Assembly: GCA_963839055.1 (NCBI GenBank) | Contig: CAWITP010000002.1 | Location: 162,505-226,504 of the forward strand | Direction: 5' to 3' | DNA: 64,000 nt | Source: an uncultured Pseudomonadota bacterium | GTDB taxonomy: Bacteria > Pseudomonadota > Gammaproteobacteria > Steroidobacterales > Steroidobacteraceae | Shown: positions 56,264 to 64,000 of the stretch, in pieces | How positions within the stretch are numbered: position 1 is the stretch's first letter | Layout of the letters: every line of letters starts with the position of its first letter | The notes under the pieces: model-generated | Seen by the model: only the letters and a program-made list of their open reading frames with translations | Database searches by the model: none | Told to the model about the DNA's origin: nothing | Made by a program: the position numbers and the translations under genes

Positions 56264-56578
56264 CTAGCGTCCGGCTACTGTTTGCAGGAGGGTTTCCAGC
56301 TGGTGGCGAGCGGAAGGCCGCACGACACGCCGCAGCTCCTGACCCTTTTCGAGCAGTACGAGCGTTGGCCAGAGCTTTACGCCGAAGGCGCGTCCGAGCG
56401 GCCGCCCTTTGCCATCCTCTACCCGCAGGTGTCTGATTTCCGGATGGCGGCTGAGCTCGGCGTCAACCAGCGGTCGGGCTGCCTGGCAATACCCGCACCA
56501 GCTGGCGCCGAACTCCACTAATGTCCAGCCCGGCAGGGCCTGTACTTCAGCCAGAGTGGGTTCGGCGGTAGCCTGCAT
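56264..56578 (-). CDS. thioredoxin family protein
   Basis: The WCGYC active site sits in a ~100-aa protein with no signal peptide. Confidence 0.85.
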   Translation of the reverse strand: MQATAEPTLAEVQALPGWTLVEFGASWCGYCQAARPLVDAELSRHPEIRHLRVEDGKGRPLGRAFGVKLWPTLVLLEKGQELRRVVRPSARHQLETLLQTVAGR

Positions 56579-56648
56579 CAGCGTGTGCTCGCTGATAACA
56601 ACATCGCACCGTCACGGGAGATGTGCGGTCAGCTTCAGCGCCCGTGCC

Positions 56649-56729
56649 TCAGTGATGCGAGCACATTGCCAGCAGCAGGATTACCGGAATCGGAACACCC
56701 AACATCCACAGCAGAATTCCACGGCCCAT
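56649..56729 (-). CDS. 26-aa hydrophobic micro-protein (not in ORF track)
   Basis: The minus strand reads GAGGAGG, 6 nt, then ATG. Translation is MGRGILLWMLGVPIPVILLLAMCSHH-stop, verified codon by codon. Confidence 0.45.
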   Translation of the reverse strand: MGRGILLWMLGVPIPVILLLAMCSHH

Positions 56730-56830
56730 GTCGTCCTCCTCGATGCGTGTGTAGTTGACGAGAAACGTCTGGCGAAGGCTCAGGTTCCCAGCCTAGAGTA
56801 GCGCGCCCAAATGGCTCGAAGGAGCTGATA

Positions 56831-57754
56831 TTGGTCGACTACCGCGTGGCACTCATTGGCGCGAATATTCTTGCAGACCAGCTCGGACTGCCGATTCCGG
56901 CTGTTCCGACCCTGATCGTGGCGGGTGCCCTGAGCGCCGGCGGCCAGCTCTCGGCGGTGGCGGTGTTTACTGTGGCGCTGGCGGCTTGCGTGCTGGCGGA
57001 TACGGCCTGGTACATGGCCGGTCGCAGGTATGGTAACGGCGTGATGAAGCTGTTGTGCCGGATCTCGCTGACCCCTGATTCCTGCGTCAGCGACACCCAG
57101 GCCCGCTTCGAGCGCTGGGGCGCCAATGCTCTGCTCGTCGCGAAGTTCATCCCGGGCCTGTCCATCGTTGCTCCGCCGCTCGCCGGCGCCACACACATGC
57201 GCTGGCCGCGCTTTCTCGCCTGCAGCGCGCTCGGCTCGGGCGCGTGGGTGGGCCTGGCCATGCTGACCGGAGTGCTGTTCCGATCTCAGGTTGAGCAGCT
57301 CCTGCCGAGGCTGCTGGATCTTGGCGCGCGGGCCGTGCTGCTGCTGTGCGCAGCACTGGCACTCTATATCGCCTACAAATGGTATGAGCGGGCGCGGTTT
57401 TTCGCACTGCTGCGCAGTGCTCGCATCAGCGTCGAGGAGCTGTATCGCATGATGGATGCAGGCGAGGGCCCGCTGGTGCTCGATGTCCGTTCGGCCACGG
57501 CGGTAGTGCTCGATCCACGCGGGATCCCAGGTGCCCGCCACGTGCCACTGCAAGATCTGGCCGGCCATGTGCAGGACCTGCCACGCGACCGCGAGATCGT
57601 CGCCTACTGCACCTGTCCGAATGAAGCCTCGGCGGCACAGGTGGCGCGACTTCTGATGAACCAGGGCTTCAGGCGCGTTCGGCCGCTGCAGGGCGGCCTG
57701 GACGCGTGGGTGGCGGCCGGCTATCAGGTCCAGCTGCTCAGACGCGGTCCGTGA
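56831..57754 (+). CDS. DedA-family membrane protein fused to a C-terminal rhodanese domain
   Basis: TTG start with AAGGAG 7 nt upstream. DedA pattern LGLPIPAVPTLIVAGAL...VAKFIPGLSIVAPPLAG. Rhodanese segment LVLDVRS...IVAYCTCPNEASA...GGLDAW. Confidence 0.8.
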   Translation: MVDYRVALIGANILADQLGLPIPAVPTLIVAGALSAGGQLSAVAVFTVALAACVLADTAWYMAGRRYGNGVMKLLCRISLTPDSCVSDTQARFERWGANALLVAKFIPGLSIVAPPLAGATHMRWPRFLACSALGSGAWVGLAMLTGVLFRSQVEQLLPRLLDLGARAVLLLCAALALYIAYKWYERARFFALLRSARISVEELYRMMDAGEGPLVLDVRSATAVVLDPRGIPGARHVPLQDLAGHVQDLPRDREIVAYCTCPNEASAAQVARLLMNQGFRRVRPLQGGLDAWVAAGYQVQLLRRGP

Positions 57755-57917
57755 ATGAAATGCGGAGGCGCCCATCGGCTGCAGTAGGAATTCAGGACGC
57801 GGGTCGTAGGACTGGCGGCGGAAGCAGCGCCAGGGCTACTCAAACGTCCTGGTCCATATCGCCGCTGCGCAGCTCATCTGTAAACTAACCCGCATCCCAA
57901 CAACAGGAGGGTGAGGC

Positions 57918-58070
57918 ATGGGCATTCTCAAGGGTATCGGCGCCGTGTTGATCATCGCGTGGCTGGTATTGTGGCTGTTCGTGAAAATTACCTTCGCCGC
58001 CATTCATCTGCTGCTGCTGATTGGCGTGGCGATGCTGGTCATCGGTTTCATCCGCCGCGAGACGCGCTAG
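57918..58070 (+). CDS. 50-aa two-TM small membrane protein (lmo0937-like; not in ORF track)
   Basis: AGGAGGG 6 nt upstream of the ATG. Translation is MGILKGIGAVLIIAWLVLWLFVKITFAAIHLLLLIGVAMLVIGFIRRETR-stop. Confidence 0.55.
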   Translation: MGILKGIGAVLIIAWLVLWLFVKITFAAIHLLLLIGVAMLVIGFIRRETR

Positions 58071-58073
58071 CGC

Positions 58074-58751
58074 TCAGACCGTCAGCAACTCCTCGAAGAA
58101 ACCGCCATAGTTCCGGCCCGGGTCGACGAAGTGAATTTCGAGGATCCAGTGGCGGGGTGCACCCTTTGCATCCGGTTCCCGTAACGAGGTGCGATTGCCG
58201 TGGCGTATCGAGAAGCGTGTCGGGCTTCCCGGCGCGGTCTCGTGCGGGAAGTGCCCGATCAGATGTCCGGCGGTGGGCGCGCCGAAATCCCAACCACCCT
58301 CGCGTGCCAGTCCGCAGACATAATCGTACAGCTCGCCGGCGCTCAGCTGCGGATGCTGCCGGTAGTACTGCTTGCCCGCGGCGAACGCCGCCTCGATGTC
58401 CCGTACCAGCTGGTGCTTGCGCGGATCCTCGCCGAGCACGTAGGTGCGACCGTAATCGGCTTCCCACTCCTCGAACAGCGGCCCGAAGTCCAGGTACACG
58501 ACATCATCCGCGCCGAGACGCCGTTCCGGCGGTTGGTCATGGTAGCCCAGCACCGTGTTAGCTCCACAGCGGACAATCCGGCGATGCCAATGCCGGCGTA
58601 CGCTGAAACGCCGCTGGGCGAGGGCATGAATCTCATCGCTGAGCTCGCTTTCCAGCAGCCCAGGGCGGATCAGCCCGTCGGCGACAACCGCCTCGAACAG
58701 CTCTGCAGCCTGGCGTTGCGCCTCCGCCAGCTCGGTTGCAACTGTGCTCAA
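58074..58751 (-). CDS. M24 family (creatinase/prolidase fold) metallopeptidase-like protein
   Basis: Short pita-bread-like pattern DDVVYLDFGP...ADYGRTY...GHLIGHFPHE...WILEIHF. No N-terminal creatinase domain. Confidence 0.65.
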   Translation of the reverse strand: MSTVATELAEAQRQAAELFEAVVADGLIRPGLLESELSDEIHALAQRRFSVRRHWHRRIVRCGANTVLGYHDQPPERRLGADDVVYLDFGPLFEEWEADYGRTYVLGEDPRKHQLVRDIEAAFAAGKQYYRQHPQLSAGELYDYVCGLAREGGWDFGAPTAGHLIGHFPHETAPGSPTRFSIRHGNRTSLREPDAKGAPRHWILEIHFVDPGRNYGGFFEELLTV

Positions 58752-58777
58752 ATCGGATGTGCCTGCAGTCGGACCGC

Positions 58778-59482
58778 TCAGCGCGCTGCCACCATCACCG
58801 GTGCGGCAATATAGTAGTCGGGAAACAGGCGCTTCAAGTGTTCGATCTTCGGCAGGTCGTTGAAGACGATGTAGGGCTCATGCGGGTTGTGGATCAGGTA
58901 GTCCTGATGATAGCCCTCGGCAGGGTAGAACCCCTTGAAAGGATCCAGCCGCGTCACGATCGGCCGTGAGAACAGGTGCGCCTGGCCGAGCTGTTCGAGG
59001 TAAGCGCGTGCAATCTTTTCCTGCTCTGCATTCATATACACAATCGCTGAGCGGTACTGCGAGCCGGTGTCCGGTCCCTGCCGGTTGAGCTGGGTCGGGT
59101 CGTGGGCTACCGCGAAGAAAATCTGCAATAGCTCCCCATAGCTCACCGTCTGCGGATCGAAGCTGATCTGCACCGACTCGGCGTGACCGGTATTACCGTT
59201 TGCGACCTGACCGTAGCTTGCGCTCGAGCGCTCGCCGCCGGCATAGCCGGCGATGACCTGTTTGACCCCGCGCACATGCTCGAACACGCCCTGTACACCC
59301 CAGAAGCAGCCGCCCGAGAGAACAGCGGTCTGCGACTCACCTGCAATCTTCGGCGCATCCAGCGCCGGAGGTGGCAGTTTCACGGCGGCATCGGCCGCGC
59401 AGGCGCTCAACTGCCAGCATGCGCACAGGGCGGCAAGGGTGAGAACTGCCAGGTTGCGAGAGCGTGAAGCATTGCAGCTCAT
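58778..59482 (-). CDS. msrA: peptide-methionine (S)-S-oxide reductase MsrA, with signal peptide
   Basis: GGCFWGVQGVFE active site, GHAESVQISFDP, YHQDYL. The N-terminus NLAVLTLAALCACWQLSACAADA is a signal/lipobox-like sequence. It starts 10 nt after the msrB stop. Confidence 0.9.
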   Translation of the reverse strand: MSCNASRSRNLAVLTLAALCACWQLSACAADAAVKLPPPALDAPKIAGESQTAVLSGGCFWGVQGVFEHVRGVKQVIAGYAGGERSSASYGQVANGNTGHAESVQISFDPQTVSYGELLQIFFAVAHDPTQLNRQGPDTGSQYRSAIVYMNAEQEKIARAYLEQLGQAHLFSRPIVTRLDPFKGFYPAEGYHQDYLIHNPHEPYIVFNDLPKIEHLKRLFPDYYIAAPVMVAAR

Positions 59483-59492
59483 GTTGGTTTCC

Positions 59493-60035
59493 TCAGGCGC
59501 CGCGCGGCACGAAGCGCAGCGCCACCGAATTCATGCAGTAGCGCAGTCCGGTGGGTCGCGGTCCGTCCGCAAACACGTGACCGACATGGGCATCACACAG
59601 TGTGCAGGTGATCTCATCGCGCACCATACCCAAGCTGCGGTCCACCACCTTGTGCACATTGAGTGCCGAGATCGGTTGCCAGAAACTCGGCCAGCCGGTG
59701 CCCGAATCGAACTTTGTATGCGAGTCGTAAAGAGCCGAATCGCAGCAAATGCAGCGATACAGGCCGTCGGCATGATTGTGATCATACTCGCCGGAGAAGG
59801 CCGGTTCCGTCGCGGCACGACGCGCAACCTCGTAGGAAGACACTGGCAGCTGCTGCCGCCATGCGGCATCGCTCTTGGTGACCTTGGGCAGCTCCACCCG
59901 ACCTTCGCTGCGTCCCGCTGCCGAGAAGCGCTCGATCGTGACCAGCTCGGCAGCGCTGCCCAAGCGCGTACGGCTGAGGGATGCGATTCCGAACACTAAA
60001 GCCAATCCCGCGCGCAACAGCCCGCGGCGAGCCAT
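59493..60035 (-). CDS. msrB: peptide-methionine (R)-S-oxide reductase MsrB, with Tat-like signal
   Basis: Zn CxxC pairs (YRCICCDSAL, CTLCDAHVGHVF), catalytic RYCMNS, GTGWPSF. The N-terminus MARRGLLRAGLALVFGIASLS is Tat-like. AGGGAA lies upstream of ATG 60035. Confidence 0.9.
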   Translation of the reverse strand: MARRGLLRAGLALVFGIASLSRTRLGSAAELVTIERFSAAGRSEGRVELPKVTKSDAAWRQQLPVSSYEVARRAATEPAFSGEYDHNHADGLYRCICCDSALYDSHTKFDSGTGWPSFWQPISALNVHKVVDRSLGMVRDEITCTLCDAHVGHVFADGPRPTGLRYCMNSVALRFVPRGA

Positions 60036-60216
60036 CGATGTTCCCTGAGCCGCCCCCCCACTCGCAGGGCAGTCCACGCGTTGCGGCGCGTGGGGCCGTA
60101 TGCGGACTCGTCTGCGAAGGGTGGTCGGCATGGCTTCTTCCTACAATGAGCGGCATTCGGTGCTGCTGAAGAGGACCGGGGCAGCCGGCATTTCATTGCA
60201 GCACGGCCAGCTTGCC

Positions 60217-61638
60217 TTAATGTGTCTTCGGCCCCGGCCGATAGGCGATCCGGTAAATCACGTCGGCTCCGTCGTCGCTCACCAGCAGGGCGCCATCCTG
60301 CGCTACCGTGGTCGCGACGGGCCGTCCCCACACTTCCTCGTTGTTGACGATGAGACCGGTCATGAAGTCCTCATATGCGCCGTCAGCTACAGCGTTTTTC
60401 ATGTGAATGCGCACCAGCTTATGCCCGGTGCGCTGGGCACGATTCCAGGAGCCATGGAAGGTGACGAAGGCATCGCCGACATACTCGGACGGAAACGCAG
60501 CAGCCCCCGCGGTCGCGGTGTAAAAGGTGAGGCCGAGGGGCGCGGAGTGCGCCTGAAAGGGCACATCGGGAAGCTGCACTTTGTCACGCAGATCCGGCCG
60601 CTGACCCTGCAACCGAGGGTCCTCGTGGGCACCCATGTAATACCAGGGCCAGCCATAGAAAGCGCCCGCGCGCACGCGTGTTGAATAATCCGGTACGAGG
60701 TCATCTCCGAGCCCGTCACGCTCGTTGGTGGTACACCACAGCGCGCCCGTCACCGGCTGCACGGTCAGCCCGACGCAGTTGCGAATTCCTGCCGCATACA
60801 CGCGCGCCGGCCCTGGATGGGCCGCGTCGAACACCAACACATCGGCCCGGTTCTGTTCCGCATCCCATGCGCTTCCAAGCCCGTGCGCCGCTTCCCATTC
60901 ACGAATGTCAGCCGGCGTCTTGTGCGTGAGATTCCCGGGCACGTTGGATGCAGATCCGACCGCGACGAACAGCGCTTGACCGTCGGGGGAGAAGGCCAGA
61001 TCGCGCGTGTAATGGCCGCCGGTGGGCAGCGAATCGATCACCACTTCGGGTGTGCCGCGCGCATGCACATCTGCGACGCGGTATGGATAACGGATGACTC
61101 GATGAGTCTCGGCGACGTAGAGCCATCGGGGTGCTCCGCTAGGCGGGTACAATGCGATTCCAAACGGGCGGCGTAACCCTTCGGCAAACACCTCGACTCG
61201 CTCTGCGCGCGTACCGTCTGCCGAGGGATGCAACACGGTCACCCGGCCGAGTTCGCTCTGGGTCAGCAGGATCTCGCCATTGGGAGCGGTCAACATGCGC
61301 CGCGGCCCCTCCAGATCGGCGGCGAACACACCGACTGTGAAGCCTGCGGGCACAGTGGAGTGCACGCCCTTGGGCGCGGCAATCACGTGCGGGTTATTGT
61401 TTGCCGATGCGCTCTGGAACGGGGCTGGCAACGCGTTCAGATCAATGCGATGCACGCGCCCCGGAGCATCGCTTTGCCAGCCTTCACTTGTGGCGTGCGA
61501 CTTGCCGCTCGCTACCGCGAGCGCGCTGAGGAAGCTCAGTGCAGTGCATGTCAGCAGCGCCCGTACGCAATGTGCTCGTACGCAATGTGCCCGTACGCAA
61601 TGTCGATAGCAACCTGAGGGAAGGTAAGCGTGCAACAT
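60217..61638 (-). CDS. PQQ-dependent sugar (sorbosone/glucose) dehydrogenase family protein, secreted
   Basis: Beta-propeller pattern FAEGLRRPFGIALYP, TRDLAFSPDG, GIRNCVGLTVQP, WCTTNERDGLGDDLVPDY, GAFYGWPW. The N-terminal signal region contains a 15-bp tandem repeat. Confidence 0.82.
   Translation of the reverse strand: MLHAYLPSGCYRHCVRAHCVRAHCVRALLTCTALSFLSALAVASGKSHATSEGWQSDAPGRVHRIDLNALPAPFQSASANNNPHVIAAPKGVHSTVPAGFTVGVFAADLEGPRRMLTAPNGEILLTQSELGRVTVLHPSADGTRAERVEVFAEGLRRPFGIALYPPSGAPRWLYVAETHRVIRYPYRVADVHARGTPEVVIDSLPTGGHYTRDLAFSPDGQALFVAVGSASNVPGNLTHKTPADIREWEAAHGLGSAWDAEQNRADVLVFDAAHPGPARVYAAGIRNCVGLTVQPVTGALWCTTNERDGLGDDLVPDYSTRVRAGAFYGWPWYYMGAHEDPRLQGQRPDLRDKVQLPDVPFQAHSAPLGLTFYTATAGAAAFPSEYVGDAFVTFHGSWNRAQRTGHKLVRIHMKNAVADGAYEDFMTGLIVNNEEVWGRPVATTVAQDGALLVSDDGADVIYRIAYRPGPKTH
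61562..61605 (-). repeat. 15-bp tandem repeat (~2.9 copies) in the 5' coding end of the PQQ dehydrogenase gene
   Basis: cgtacgcaatgtgct (61562), cgtacgcaatgtgcc (61577) and cgtacgcaatgtc (61592). It encodes RAHCV x3 in MLHAYLPSGCYRHCVRAHCVRAHCVRALL. Confidence 0.9.
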
Positions 61639-61657
61639 GGCACCCGTGCTCGCTTGA

Positions 61658-62251
61658 TTAACCGGCGTTGGATTGCGCGCTGTTGAGTTGCGCGACGAAC
61701 AGTTGCGCAGTGCCGCTGTGGCTGACGCACGTGACTCCTCCGTCAGCCGGTTCACAGTGAGCCGTGTCAAGGGATTGCAGCGCCTGGCAGCCGTCTCGTC
61801 CCGAGATGCCGATCACCCCATCGAGGCACACGAGCACCGTGTGCTGACTGCGCTGGGCATCGATGACGGTGCGATCCTGCAGGGTCAGGCATCGAGTGTG
61901 CGGCCGCGGCAGGCGATCCGCGGCGATGAGATTGAGATCCATGCAGGCGCCGGCCAGCGGCACGCCGTACGTCTGCCAACCCCCATCGAAAGTCACGTGG
62001 TCTCCGATATGGGTCAGCCACAATTCGCCGTGGTTGCTGAATCGCAGCAGCAGACCGTTGCCACGCACGAGTACGAGCGTGCGTTCATAACCATCGAAAG
62101 CGGAAAACGCGCCTTCCGCTTCGATGTTTGCCAGGCTGAGCCGCCAGTCGAAGTGCGCACTGCCGGCAGGCATGCGCAGGATCTCACGCGTGACTCCGCC
62201 GCCGTTTTTCCATGGAGCCGGCACGAGGTCCGCGGCGCGGATGATCCGCAT
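61658..62251 (-). CDS. HutD family protein
   Basis: The N-terminus MRIIRAADLVPAPWKNGGGVTREI is the HutD/Ves signature. Its stop lies 19 nt before the PQQ dehydrogenase start. Confidence 0.82.
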   Translation of the reverse strand: MRIIRAADLVPAPWKNGGGVTREILRMPAGSAHFDWRLSLANIEAEGAFSAFDGYERTLVLVRGNGLLLRFSNHGELWLTHIGDHVTFDGGWQTYGVPLAGACMDLNLIAADRLPRPHTRCLTLQDRTVIDAQRSQHTVLVCLDGVIGISGRDGCQALQSLDTAHCEPADGGVTCVSHSGTAQLFVAQLNSAQSNAG

Positions 62252-62315
62252 CTCAATGCGTTTGGCAGCGGCGACCGGCCTGCTGCGATCCAGGTAGCCC
62301 TCAGCGCGTGGGGCA

Positions 62316-62555
62316 TCAGCGCTTGTGCTGCTTCTCCATGTCGCTCAGCACCTTGGCATCGCGCTTGTCCTGGTCGCCCCGTTTGGCGTGTGACAGCGCC
62401 TGCTGCTCCTCGGGGGTCAGCTTGTCGGACGCCTGGTCCGCCGAACCCTTCAGCTCCTTGCCGCCCTTCGTCTTGTCGTCCACGAACTGCTTGGTCTCTT
62501 CGTTGTAGCGCCGAGCTGATTCGTAATCGCCTTCGCCGTGTACTTTCGAGGTCAT
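62316..62555 (-). CDS. small hydrophilic (stress-protein-like) hypothetical protein
   Basis: 79-aa Lys/Glu/Asp-rich protein beginning MTSKVHGEGDYESARRYNEETKQF. GGAGCAGGAG lies upstream of the ATG. Confidence 0.55.
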   Translation of the reverse strand: MTSKVHGEGDYESARRYNEETKQFVDDKTKGGKELKGSADQASDKLTPEEQQALSHAKRGDQDKRDAKVLSDMEKQHKR

Positions 62556-62616
62556 GCTCCTGCTCCCGATCTTCTGAGGCACTCACTTCAGCGAAGCAAT
62601 CGCTGTGCCGCTCAGC

Positions 62617-63210
62617 TCAAGCGCCGTGCTCACGCTGAAGCCTGACTTCGATGCGACGGTCCGGAACGAGCCAAAGCAGGGCGACGGCGATGTACAGCAG
62701 TGTCGAAATCCACACGAGAAAAAACGCGCAGGGTATCGCGACCAGGTAGCAGAGTAGCGAAACCTTGCCCTTCCAGTCTTGACCTACGGCCTCGGCTAGC
62801 CGGGAGCCGGCCTGGGGCATGCGCACGATCGACCATTGCAACAGGGTGTAGGAAGCGGCCGCGGCCAGCAGCACCACGCCGTACAGGGCAGTCGGCCAGG
62901 GCGCGAAGTGGTTCTCACCCATCCAGCCGGTGGCAAACGGCACCAGCGACAGCCAGAACAGCAGGTTGAGATTCGCCCACAGCATGCCACCGGTAACCTT
63001 TTCGACCAGGTGGAACATGTGGTGATGATTGTTCCAGTAGATGCCGACATACACAAAACTCAGCAGATACGTCAGCAGCACCGGCAGCTGTGGCAGCAGC
63101 GCCTTTACGTCCGTGCCATGGGGGATCTTCAGCTCCAGCACCATGATAGTGATCAGGATGGCGATGACGCCGTCGCTGAACGCTTCCAGGCGCGTGGTGT
63201 CCATGGGCAA
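62617..63210 (-). CDS. TMEM175 family (DUF1211) potassium-channel-like membrane protein
   Basis: RLEAFSDGVIAILITIMVLE signature, followed by about six hydrophobic helices. Confidence 0.85.
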   Translation of the reverse strand: MPMDTTRLEAFSDGVIAILITIMVLELKIPHGTDVKALLPQLPVLLTYLLSFVYVGIYWNNHHHMFHLVEKVTGGMLWANLNLLFWLSLVPFATGWMGENHFAPWPTALYGVVLLAAAASYTLLQWSIVRMPQAGSRLAEAVGQDWKGKVSLLCYLVAIPCAFFLVWISTLLYIAVALLWLVPDRRIEVRLQREHGA

Positions 63211-63218
63211 GCGCTCCG

Positions 63219-64000
63219 CTATTGCGGCGCGGGTCCTTGCGATACCCGCACCAGATCATCGGGCCGCATCCATTTCGCGAAGGCCTTTTGCACATCAGCC
63301 GCCTGCAGCTCGCTGTAGCGGCGTGCCGCGATGGTCGGCTCATCGAGCGGCAGGTCGAGATCGACGCGATGAATGAGACCCCGGGCGATCTCATCGACGC
63401 TGGATTCGCCGAGCGGAATCTGCCGAATGAGGCTCGCCTTGATGCGCACCAGCTCATCCGCAGCTGCTGGTGCGGATTGCATCGTCTTGATCTCGCGTAT
63501 GGCGATGGCGGCAGCCTTGCTAACGTTGGCCGGATCACAGGCGTACTCGATGAGGTAGGCACCGCGGGTACGGCCGGCCTGCAGCGTCGAGCCCACCGAG
63601 TAGACCAGCCCCAGGTTCTTGCGCAGATCGATGCTCAGGCGCGTTGAATAGAAGCCGCCGCCCAGCAAGGCGTTGCCCAGCGACAGCGCGTAGTAATCCG
63701 GATCGGCACGGGTCAGCGCCAGATTCTGCGCAAGAATAACGACGTCCTGCACGCGGCTGGCATCCGGCACCGCCGTGACATCGGGACGGTTGGGGGGCGC
63801 GTGCGGCAGGTCGGTGTTCGGTCGGACGCCCGAGGCCGTCCAACCACCAAAGCTGTGCTCGATCGCAGCACGGGCGTGCTCGGGTGAGACCTTGCCGATG
63901 ACCACGATCGTGGTCAGGTCGGGTCGAAAGGCGAGATGGTAGTAGTCCTTCAGCTGCTCGAGCGTGATCGAGCGGACGCTTTCGGGGGTGGAGGTGCGCA
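63219..64000 (-). CDS. M16 family (insulinase/pitrilysin-like) peptidase, C-terminal part (5' end outside window)
   Basis: The frame stays open to nt 64000 (…ITLEQLKDYYHLAFRPDLTTIVVIGKVSPEHARAAIEHSFGGW…). This is the typical non-catalytic second half of an M16 peptidase. Confidence 0.8.
   Translation of the reverse strand, partial: RTSTPESVRSITLEQLKDYYHLAFRPDLTTIVVIGKVSPEHARAAIEHSFGGWTASGVRPNTDLPHAPPNRPDVTAVPDASRVQDVVILAQNLALTRADPDYYALSLGNALLGGGFYSTRLSIDLRKNLGLVYSVGSTLQAGRTRGAYLIEYACDPANVSKAAAIAIREIKTMQSAPAAADELVRIKASLIRQIPLGESSVDEIARGLIHRVDLDLPLDEPTIAARRYSELQAADVQKAFAKWMRPDDLVRVSQGPAPQ

Noticed and set aside
1-64000. A search for CRISPR arrays, transposases or integrases, IS-type inverted repeats, prophage genes, toxin-antitoxin or restriction/defence modules, and rRNA or tRNA genes.
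   Set aside because: I found no direct-repeat/spacer arrays and no DDE, tyrosine-recombinase or serine-recombinase-like translations in any frame. I found no cloverleaf-like T-arm (GGTTCGAATCC-type) sequences. The only repeats are short in-gene tandem repeats. By eye I cannot exclude small ncRNAs; an Infernal/tRNAscan run would be decisive.

Overview
This is a GC-rich bacterial chromosome segment, with third codon positions almost all G/C. Many Tat or lipoprotein-exported enzymes, a TonB-dependent receptor and several secreted peptidases suggest a Xanthomonadales-like gammaproteobacterium; that placement is inference only. I can support about 58 protein genes, one decayed pseudogene, and a few promoters, terminators and tandem repeats. 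I found no rRNA, tRNA, CRISPR array, transposase, integrase or recognisable defence system, so the window reads as core chromosome rather than a mobile island.

Main blocks:
- 1-13808: a nine-gene, overlap-coupled operon. It joins GH65, GH31 and GH13 alpha-glucoside hydrolases to a full set of 3-keto-glycoside (oxidative cleavage) components: a Gfo/Idh/MocA oxidoreductase, a NupG-type MFS permease, a xylose-isomerase-like TIM barrel, a GMC flavoprotein, a Tat small subunit and a DUF1080 protein.
- 13757-21279: lnt, a TPR/2OG-oxygenase fusion, a TonB-dependent receptor and a ROK fructokinase.
- 22080-31492: a polyhydroxyalkanoate (PHA) locus. It holds a class I phaC that is frameshifted at its 3' end and carries a 21-bp in-frame tandem repeat, plus a phasin, an SDR reductase and phaR. 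It also holds an N-terminally extended class III phaC with no phaE, a thiolase, and two partly degenerate c-di-GMP enzymes wedged inside.
- 33419-38147: a decayed opgD remnant and a divergent orphan EF-G paralogue that appears co-transcribed with ybjQ and a small membrane protein.
- 38563-40577: a cytochrome c gene translationally coupled to a Tat-exported flavin amine oxidase.
- 41185-56140: GST, dienelactone hydrolase, S10 and M28 peptidases, AsmA, a PRC-barrel protein, a Rieske oxygenase, an ABC-F ATPase, Dps and a large Ig-like/beta-propeller lipoprotein.
- 56264-64000: a redox-repair neighbourhood with thioredoxin, a DedA-rhodanese fusion, exported MsrB and MsrA, a PQQ sugar dehydrogenase, HutD, TMEM175 and an M16 peptidase.

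The most interesting items are the hybrid hydrolytic/oxidative glycoside operon, the dual-synthase PHA locus with its oddities, and the atypical EF-G paralogue.

All family calls rest on motifs I can read in the translations. No database search was run.
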